From NCBI RefSeq assembly GCF_000143415.4, contig NW_003314351.1, positions 711,828-775,827 on the forward strand: DNA of 64,000 nucleotides. Reading direction: 5' to 3'. The stretch's first letter is position 1; each line of letters starts with the position of its first letter. A program made the translations under genes and the position numbers. The notes beneath the pieces were generated by a model. It was given only the letters and a program-made list of their open reading frames with translations. It had not been told where the DNA came from and made no database searches. This DNA is from Selaginella moellendorffii. Taxonomy: Eukaryota > Plantae > Lycopodiophyta. Below are positions 25,236 to 34,306 of the stretch, one piece after another.

Positions 25236-27094
25236 GAGCGTGGCCACCCCCAGATGCTGAAACAGCGTTAACAGCTACTGATGTTAGGCCGAGCTCACAA
25301 CCTGCACAAGGTAAGGTCACATGAGGCCTCACGCCATTTTGATTATAGATCGTTGTGAATATTCAGACACGAGGACTGAAAAGCGCACTGGTGGCGCATC
25401 GAAGAAGGACAAACAGACAAGCAATAGGAAAAAAGGAGGTACAAATTATATTTGCAATGGCGTGTGGTCTCATGCCATTCCTTGCAGGAGACACTTCTTC
25501 AAAGGCAAAACAGGCAAGCACCAGCCAAGCTCAAACTGACAGTGGTCATAAAAAGCGAAAGCACGTTGGACAGTCGTTGGGATCAGAGGCGTTTGATTCG
25601 AAAAGGAAGAAGGGCAACGAAAAGATGATAGGTAATGCCTCGCGGTTATGGCGTGTGTGCTCATGCCATTCATTGCAGATCAAGGGCTGAGTGAAAGGAG
25701 CCAATCACCACCTCCTGACTCAGATTCCTATGGCGGACTCCCCTTCCCCAATCTCAATGGAGAGGTACAATGGATGAGGGATGCTTTTCAAGTCAGGGCC
25801 ACGTTTTTCTCATCTCGTCATCTTTGAAGGGTGCAAGAACGTGCAGAAACCATGTTAAGACAGTCGGGTGAGGATACGGTCCTAGGTCAAACACTAAAAC
25901 AGGCTATGGATGTCTTGTATTTTGAGATGGAGACTCGGCCAGATGATTTTCCCAAGATGGTCCTGGAAAAACAAGCCATCCAGCCTGAGCAGCCTATGGA
26001 AGAAATGCAGGAGGGGGATGAGGAGCCAGAGAAAGATAATGAGCAGGAAGAGCAGAAGGATGAAGAGGAGGACGAAGAAGAGGAGGACGAAGAAGAGGAG
26101 GACGAAGAGGACTTGGATGGTCCTCACAATGGTGACGATCACAATAACGACGATGACGATGATGACGACGATGGCCAGCCTGAGGTGGCCAAAGAGCAGC
26201 GGAGGAAGGTCATACAAAACAAACCATCAGGTAAATAATAGTACATCCATTTCTAACCTTTTACCATTTCTAACATTGTCCATGTAGGTCGCAGAAGAAA
26301 TGGTAAGTAGAGATTATTCAGTTGAATTAAGATATAAACTCTAGCCTTTAGTGTTGAGGAAGGATAGTGCCAAGCAAGGGTCGAAACGTATGTCCAATCC
26401 TTCGGAATCAACAGTGCGCCCAAGTGATATCGGTCCTAGTTCCTCAATAGCAGTTGATGGTAAATACAGTATAGTCGATTCAATGTGCTAATGAGTTTGT
26501 TTTTAGTAGCCAATAGGGAGGATACCATCTCAATCGAAGGGAGATATTTGGACATGCATATGGATCCGCCAGTGGACTCTACTTGCCTGCAAGAGTCATT
26601 AGAGCTGGTGGAGGCTACTATCCATATCAACGCCAAGCAAGCTGACCACGCTCCACTTGATGCTGCCCATACCACTGAGTCAATCTTGTCCACGTATCCA
26701 ACTGACGGTGACCAGGCGCCATTGGACCCGCATGAGGCCACCCCAGCCGCCGAGCCGGTCGTATCCTCATTCCCAACGGACTCAACGTGTGCCCAATTAT
26801 TTGACTACGCGCCATTGGAACCTCCCTACACCACCCCTGCTGCCTGTTCGGTCATGTCAACTTTGCCAACGGAGGCACCAGCTGAAATGGCGTGTGATCA
26901 CACGCCATCGGAACCACCCCATGCCACTGTTGAGCCAGTTGTACCAGAGTCTACAGCTGAAATGGCATGTGCCCACACGCCATCGGATGCAATTGACCCC
27001 ACATTGCAGAGGAGAGTATTTCCGCCCTTCACGTTTCCTCGACCAAAACCCTCTGAACGACCATCGGGAGCACCATTCGCTAATATTGTAGATG
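25236..27094 (+). CDS. Cargo gene middle part: short exons encoding K/S-rich, acidic and P/T-rich repeat regions
   Basis: Phase-compatible GT-AG introns 25186-25235, 25311-25348, 25439-25487, 25632-25678; poly-E/D tract in ORF 25831-26238; DHAPL/DHTPS repeats in ORF 26485-27126. Splicing between ~25765 and ~26510 is uncertain. Confidence 0.5.
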
Positions 27095-27141
27095 GTAAAA
27101 TTGACTTGTACCATTTTTTATGCTGACGCATTTCATTTCAG

Positions 27142-28004
27142 AGTCACGGCGAAAGTACTGTATCGTTTTTGATCTGAACGGTGTCCTTTTCTCCCATGAG
27201 CGTGGCTCGTCCTCGAATGTCATTGCACCCTCCAAAGCCTGCGGTCACAACTTGGTCAAAAGAGACAGATTCACATTAATCACACGGGAGAAACTACGGG
27301 ATCTAATAATGACCATGCGACACTTAAAACAGAGGGCCGGGTTCAATTTGCCATTGGGAGTTTGGACATCCATGATGCGCCACAATGCATTAACATTGCT
27401 ACAGATGATGCACGATCAGACGCGAGTAATATTACCATTTGACTTTCTCCTAATGCAGGAGGATTGCTTGACTATGGTCTATGTGAGGGGTAGCAAGCCC
27501 ATCTTCGTCAAGCCAGAGGTTGTAGTGATGAACCGGACTGCTAGGTCAAGTGAAATCCTCATCATCGATGACTCGCCGATTAAAACTGCAGCGAACACGC
27601 ACACATATGCAGTGCACCCCATCTTTTGCAGTATGGAAACTAGGGAGAAGAAACCGTATGTTCTGGGGGACCTTGCAAAACGGCTTGAAGCGATGGTGAT
27701 AGAGAACCGGCCAGTCCAGGAGGTTGCTGCAGAAATCAACCAAATGGCAGATGGAACGGTATATCAGAAGCCATTTGATCGGACAGACACCAGTCATCAT
27801 TTATGGCATGTATATTGTCTAGCCAAGCACTATCCGCATCTCCATAATCTGCTCAACCGGATGGGTTCTTCGACCATTGAACATGAGCGTGGACGTATTA
27901 GAGAAGAGATGGCATTACTATTGGGTTTAAATCCTGATAGTGTGGAGAGTGATGAAATTCCAAGATTATTGTATAGGCGTTGGAGGCAAAAAATAACAGT
28001 CTGA
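27142..28004 (+). CDS. FCP1/SCP-like (NIF) HAD-family phosphatase domain, likely the cargo gene's last exon
   Basis: Motif I IVFDLNGVL, WTSMMRHNA, QEDC, KPIFVKP, motif IV IIDDSPIK; intron 27095-27141 joins it in frame (NIVD-E-SRRKYC). Confidence 0.8.
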
Positions 28005-28426
28005 GATGGCATGTATTTATTTAAAAATGTAACTTATTATGGCATGGGGTTCCATGCCATTGTATTAATATTAAAAGACAATTCTTTGAGAGGATTTGCA
28101 TTATACTAGAAGTGTTACAACATGTTATTGGAAGTCTACGAAGTTGTTTTATTAATAAGGGGAAAGTAAAGATTGAATGGGGACTTGGGCTCCACCTAGA
28201 CTCGGAGCAACTAAGCCAATATTAAAAGGATGGAAAGAAATTGGACGACGATGACAAGGAGAAGAGAGAGGTGAAGCAGTGGCAGGGGGAGAAGAAGTGA
28301 TTGAGTAGACATTTCCTTGTTTAAAATAAAATGGCATGTGCCTCAATGCAATTGAATTTTGTTATATTTATATACTATATAAAGGTTTGGAAACCTTATT
28401 TTACAAGTGGGATAATGACAATTTCT

Positions 28427-28446
28427 ACTTTAACGAAATAGAGCTT
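28427..28446 (-). repeat. Right terminal inverted repeat
   Basis: ACTTTAACGAAATAGAGCTT followed by TSD AAAG. Confidence 0.95.
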
Positions 28447-28450
28447 AAAG

Positions 28451-30232
28451 GTACTTCTTCCTTTCCTGTCTTTTTGTCACTCTTCACCGAGAGTAAGCAC
28501 AAAAAGGCTGCCTTAGTTCCTTTGGTGAGTTGTCCTCTCGTGGACACCAGGTTTAAGTAGGAATCTTTGGCCTTACTTTGCCCTACCTTTAGATCCTGGG
28601 CCTCCACCCTAGATCTTCTTCCTTGGGCATTTGCCAATACCACAAGGTTCCTACCTTGTCCATGCAGGGCTACCACGAACCGATTAAACCAATCCATTCC
28701 GAAGATCACGTCAAATCCCGCTATGTCACGGTGAAATCCATGTTTACTTTCCATGTCCCTACTTCGACTCTCGCTTGTCGAAGTACCTCATTAGTGCTTT
28801 GGCTACCTTGAACAAACTCTATAGTCCTTGGTTTGCCTAGCCGCTGCACCGTTAGTCCGGCTTGCCGGACTATGTTTGCAACCACAAAATTATCCGAAGC
28901 ACCCGTGTCAATAAGGATCTTAACAAAGCTACCTCTGAGCTTCCCTCGGAGGGCTAGTAGATGTCGCAAACGACTCTCTACCAAAGTTGCTCGTGTAATG
29001 AGTAACTTTGAGTTAGGGACTGGATCACATACCTCAGTTTGGACTTCACCCGACTTGACGGCCATATTGGCTCTGGCCTTCTTCGGGTAGGGACATTCCC
29101 TCAAAAAGTGTCCCGCTTCACCGTAGTTGTAGCATACGTTGTTTCCCACACTGCTATATGACTTGACCTTCTTATCTGTGGGTTTGTCTTTTTTCGCTTG
29201 ACTCCCCCACGTACTCGCTCGCTGGCCACCGGATTTACCTTTCCGGAACCCCGAGGACTCATTCTTAGAGAAACTCTTCTTGAATTTCCCCCTGCTATAC
29301 ATTCCCCTTAGTTTGGCCCCTTTGCTAAACGTGGATCCCGACCCCGTCGTGTTCCCCTTTCGCAGGTTATCGTTGAAATGCACCTTGATGGCCGTATCCA
29401 ACTCTTCTTTGTAGTTGGTCGGGTTCCACCGCATCACCTCGCCGCGAGCCCAGGTTTGCAAACCTGATATGAAGGCATGGAACGCATCCATATCCCCTAT
29501 GTCCGTGACCAGTATCTTCTTTGCCATGAACCCATTCACATATTCTTGGATGGTTCCAATCTGCTTCAGCCTACTCAGCTCATCTCTCAGATGCAGAGTG
29601 GCATTCGGAGGAACGTATGTTGCGCGGATCCTCGCCTTCATCATGTCCCAAGTGGCCACCGGTCCTTCGTTGCCCTCTGTCGTTCTCCACCAAGACTTGG
29701 CATTATCTGCCAAGTATGGTTTTGCACATGGGACCTTCTCCGAGCTCGGTAATCGCAACGCTCGGAAGTAGTCCTCCATATCGTAAAACCAATCCTCCAC
29801 CACCTTATAATCATTCACTCCCTTGAAGACCGGTGGGGGCTTTGGTTTGTACTTGGGAACTGCCTGAGGGACTGATTCTACTTCTGTCTATTCGACCTTG
29901 TCTGGTTTTGCCTCAGTCCCTGCCGAATGGTCCGCACCTTCTGCGCTGCTAGCATCCGTGGTCTTTCTCTTTTTCTTCCGCCTCTCGTCACGCTTTAGCT
30001 TGCGTACGAGAGTTTCCAGTAGGGCATTGGTCTGTGCCAACTGTCCTTCTAGCACGTCCAATCGAGCCTTGGACGATCGAACCTCGCCACCGGACTCCTG
30101 TTTGGAAGTTTCCTCACTAGAGTCCTCCTCATGCAAGGATTCCTCATCCATAGCCTCTTGTTCAACCGGAGGCTCCAGCTCCGGCGGAGGTTCCGTCTCC
30201 GCCTGGGTTCGCTTACGCCCTGCCCTTGCCAT
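28451..30232 (-). pseudogene. Ty3/Gypsy gag-protease (family C element)
   Basis: Retrotransposon gag (WFYDMEDYF, AKSWW, LKQIGTIQEY), mutated zinc knuckle CYNYGEAGHFLREC, protease LIDTGAS and FDVIFGMDW; stop at 29888 and frameshift near 28725. Confidence 0.92.
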
Positions 30233-30276
30233 CTCCCAGCAATCCGCCTCTATCCTTTGCTAGAACTGAGGAAAAG

Positions 30277-30288
30277 GCTCCGATACCA
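30277..30288 (-). promoter_or_regulatory. Primer-binding site (tRNA-iMet type)
   Basis: rc TGGTATCGGAGC, 3 bp from the LTR. Confidence 0.85.
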
Positions 30289-30291
30289 AAT

Positions 30292-31420
30292 TGTAAGCCA
30301 CAAATTTTTCCTTTCCAATTTGCCAGCTTACCTCGTCTATCCGTCCAACATTGCCTTGGCTTTTGCTAAGTTCCCTTGCCAAGGTTCTCGCCTATGGTAC
30401 CAGCTCCTACTTGGTCTCAGCTACTCACTGCACGAGCAACGGAGTGTTAGCCATCCATCTACGGATTCCCAAATCTCTCCCAATCCCCCTCCCCGGGTTA
30501 GACTGGACTTAAGGTTCGGTTACACTCCCCGCAAGCACAAGCAGCCAAGCACACCAAGCTTCCAGGTTCCTAACATCCCTTGGTACCACAAGACTTGATC
30601 ATGGGACCCTCTAAATCCCAAGTCTTGAGTGCAACACTTGCTTCGGGATGCCGGGGCGAAACACCGTGGCCTAGTGGCCTGGTATGGGTACCTCTACCCC
30701 CCCACTTCCATCCCGAAGGAAGGCCCAAGCCCCTAGGAAGGGCGAGGACCAATGAGCCGCATGGTACTCAAGTGGGGCACCACTCCACATGAGCCGGGAG
30801 CACTGCAATTGGTTTCCCTTTCAGGAGTGGGAGCTGCTCTTGAGCACTTCCTTGGAGGGCCCCTCCGGCCCCAACCAAGTCCATGCTCATTGCCCCCCAA
30901 GGCCCCTCGGTCCCAATCCCAATTTCAAGTCGGTTTGGGAGCCCCCCTGGGGAATCCCTTCAAAACTGGTTCCTAGACCCCCCTACCCTTACTAAACTTT
31001 GGGAACCCCCGGCAGCCCCCCCCCCCCCCCCTGGGAGACGCACGCTTTGGGCTTTCACCCCTTGACCCGTATTAGTATTTGGACTTAGTCTCTGGCCCGA
31101 TCTCGGACCCGATTTCGGATCTGACTTCGGATTCGGTCTCGGACTCGATCTCGGACTCGATCTCGGACTCGACCTCGGACTTAGTCTCGGACCCAATTTC
31201 GGATCTCGGACTCCGTCTCGAACTCGGTCTCGAACTCGGACTCGAACTCGGTCCCCGAGTCGGTCTCGGACTCGATTCCGGACTCTATCTCGAACTCGGT
31301 CCTAGAGTCGGTCTTGGACTCGATTTTCGACTTGGTCCCATCCGATGAACTCTTTGTCATTTTGGTCATGCTTTCGGGGTTCCTTTAGCCTACGACACCT
31401 CGGCGAGTTGGTTCCTTACA
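30292..31420 (-). mobile_element. 5' LTR, family C Gypsy element
   Basis: TGTAAG...CTTACA; homologous to 4604-5727; adjacent PBS and gag. Confidence 0.93.
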
Positions 31421-32268
31421 ATATGCCAAGTGCTGGACATCCGGGGGTATTGAGAATGTATATGTTGGTGAAGAGGCATTTCTTTTGACCTAGGATGAAG
31501 TCAAATGTTGAGAAGTACGTATGTGGTTGTTTGACCTACCAGGTGGCCAAAGTTGATCATCAGAAGTTTGTTGGCCTCTATCATCCTTTATGTGTACCCG
31601 AGAATAAGTGGGATAGCATCTTGATGGACTTTATCACTAGTTTGCCCAAAACCTTTCGAGGAAATGATGCTATTTGGGTTGTTGTGGATCATTTGACGAA
31701 GATGGCTCACTTTTTCCTCGTAAAGATGATGATAAAAGCTTTTGAACTTGCTTAGTTGTTTGTAAACTAGTTATTCAGTCTCTATAGTTTGCTAGGTGAC
31801 ATTGTGAGTGATCGGGATCCCAAGTTCACGTCCAAGTTTTGGCAAACGGTCTTTGAAAAGCTAGAGACTAAGCTGAGCATGAGTAGTGGTGAGCATCCAC
31901 AATCTAATGTGCAAACAGAGAACATAAATCAGCTATTAGAAGATATGCTAAGGTCTTTTGTGGGAAACTTGACTTGACAGGGAGTATGGGAAAAGTACTT
32001 GCCTTTGCTTCAATTTGCTCATAATAGCACTTATCAATTGGCTATTAGCATGTCTCCCTTCATGGCAATGTATGGCTATGAGCCTAGGTCTTCTGTGAGA
32101 TTGAATTTGGCTTTGGCTCGGGTACCTCATGCTTGTGATTTCTTGGAAGATATGCAAGACAAGCTTGAGTTGGCAAAGTTAAACGTGAGGCAAGCTCAAG
32201 AGCAAGACAAAACATTGGCTAATGAGCATCATCATCATCAAGAGTATAAAGTTGGTGACAAGGTTTAA
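31421..32268 (+). pseudogene. Ty3/Gypsy integrase remnant from a different, older element
   Basis: GHPG, PENKWDSILMDFITSLPKT, SDRDPKFTSKFW, HPQSNVQTE, SPFMAMYG; internal stops. Confidence 0.9.
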
Positions 32269-32835
32269 GTTGTCGGATGCACAACGGTCTCTGAAAGGAG
32301 GTGGCAAACATCTCCATGGCCACTGATATATTTTTAGCTTCTTCAATTCAATTCTCACAAACCTAGACACAAGAAACAAAAAGTAAAAGGAGAAAAAAAC
32401 TTGATATCATTCAATGAAATTTATAAGTAACCTTCTTTCTCACGTCTTATCATTTTTCAGCAATCACCAACAGGTAAAATTTTCCACCTTGCAGCCTTAG
32501 TGATGTCATCGTTCAAGCCTGTCAAAGTATTTGTAAGGATCCGAAATAGAAGGAATCAAATGTAGCACACACCCACTTCTTCTTCGTATCCTTTCGGATG
32601 TGCTCGCCAAGGCCACTTCCCTTGAGAGCTCTGGTACAGCATTGTTCCATCTATCAATACTGTGAGCGTTGTCTGATTATACTGTGAGCGTTGGAAAGAC
32701 AAGACCAGTAAAACCTAGCAGTGACGGTGATTTCATGTTGTTGAGAGAAACTATCATACTGGTTTACTGGTTTAATGTTGTTCCACGGAGCTATCTCTTT
32801 TGCGTGGTGGATCATCGAACTCCTAAGGCTTTGTT

Positions 32836-32838
<3 letters not shown>

Positions 32839-32875
<37 letters not shown>
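32839..32875. repeat. (CT)n microsatellite
   Basis: Uninterrupted TC run. Confidence 0.95.
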
Positions 32876-32877
<2 letters not shown>

Positions 32878-33171
32878 ATCTACTTTATCTGAAGTCCACT
32901 TCATAGATAGAAAATTCTCACCATTTAACTTCTGATTGCTTGTGATTCTTGAGTTTGATCTCAACTTCTCCAGCTACCATCTTATCAAACACAGCTGAGC
33001 TTAATAATCTCACACATTATGTTCGGGATCTACTTTACTGAAGTCCACTTCATAGATAGAAAATTCTCACCATTTAACTTCTGATTGCTTGTGATTCTTG
33101 AGTTTGATCTCAACTTCTCCAGCTACCATCTTATCAAACACAGCTGAGCTTAATAATCTCACACATTATGT
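32876..33171. repeat. ~150-bp tandem duplication
   Basis: GGATCTACTTTA...CACACATTATG present twice, near-identical. Confidence 0.9.
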
Positions 33172-34045
33172 ATACTAGCAAGGAATCCAACTCCGCTGGC
33201 ATAGATAGTAATTATGTTATTTTATATTATCATTTTAAATAATTTCTTTATAGACTATGTTTTTTGTGTACACTATTTTATTTTGCAGAAAACCTTGTCC
33301 CTCACATTGTTCTACAGACATTTGTGTCTTTGATGTTCCCCTTAAGAGTGCAACATAAAGTTGACCATGGTTGAAAACTTGTCTTAGCAATAATATCTTT
33401 ATATTTTAGTGTTTGTCTTTAGGATTTGCAAATTGTAATAGAGAATGCATGTCTTATAGAGAACTACTACCATTTTACAATGATTGGCATATCTCCATTT
33501 TTTTGGTTTCAAAGAGATTATTGCATATCATTATGTAAAATTTTAACTTCAATAACATTTGGTAAAGCTTTGGTTATGATAGTTTATTTGTGTTAATATT
33601 ATGTAAGAGCATTATGATACAGCTGATTTTTATGTTTAGCTTATGTGAAGGCATTCCAGACGGTGTTACCAAGTTTAAGAGGATAGTCAAGCATCTTCTC
33701 ATTTGATTCTGTTTCTACAGTATTAATGCTCTTGTTTGTTATTGTTTCTCATTCTTGAAAGGATTTAGTCATTTACTTGTAAAGAGAGGTCATTTAAGTT
33801 GTGAGAATAGCCTTTCGAAATAGGCTTAAGTTGCTTGTCTCTATATGTTTTTCAAACATACTATCAATTGTTCTCTAGTAGTGGATGTTAATGGTGCTCT
33901 GAATGTCCTGATTAAATCTTAGGAGGTTAGGGAGATTGCCATTTCCTTGGGTCACAAGCCATCTTGACCATTCCTTTTCTTCTGGGTTCACTTGCATGTT
34001 TATAGGCAATGAGAACTTTTAAATTTTAGACCATATTGGTGAAGA

Positions 34046-34306
34046 NNNNNNNNNNNNNNNNNNNNNNNNNNNNNNNNNNNNNNNNNNNNNNNNNNNNNNN
34101 NNNNNNNNNNNNNNNNNNNNNNNNNNNNNNNNNNNNNNNNNNNNNNNNNNNNNNNNNNNNNNNNNNNNNNNNNNNNNNNNNNNNNNNNNNNNNNNNNNNN
34201 NNNNNNNNNNNNNNNNNNNNNNNNNNNNNNNNNNNNNNNNNNNNNNNNNNNNNNNNNNNNNNNNNNNNNNNNNNNNNNNNNNNNNNNNNNNNNNNNNNNN
34301 NNNNNN
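34046..34306. other. Assembly gap
   Basis: N run. Confidence 1.

Larger units (their letters stand above)
13491..28446. mobile_element. Large (14,956 bp) Sola1-like cut-and-paste DNA transposon with cargo
   Basis: 20-bp perfect TIRs AAGCTCTATTTCGTTAAAGT (13491-13510; rc at 28427-28446); TSD AAAG (13487-13490, 28447-28450); removing it restores the pol frame [13 protein letters not shown]; internal DDD transposase. Confidence 0.92.

Noticed and set aside
13491-28446. CACTA, Mutator or hAT classification of the large element
   Set aside because: The ends are not CACTA and the TSD is 4 bp rather than 3, 8 or 9-11; the catalytic motifs are the DNxxxxNKN / GHTHEDxD type.
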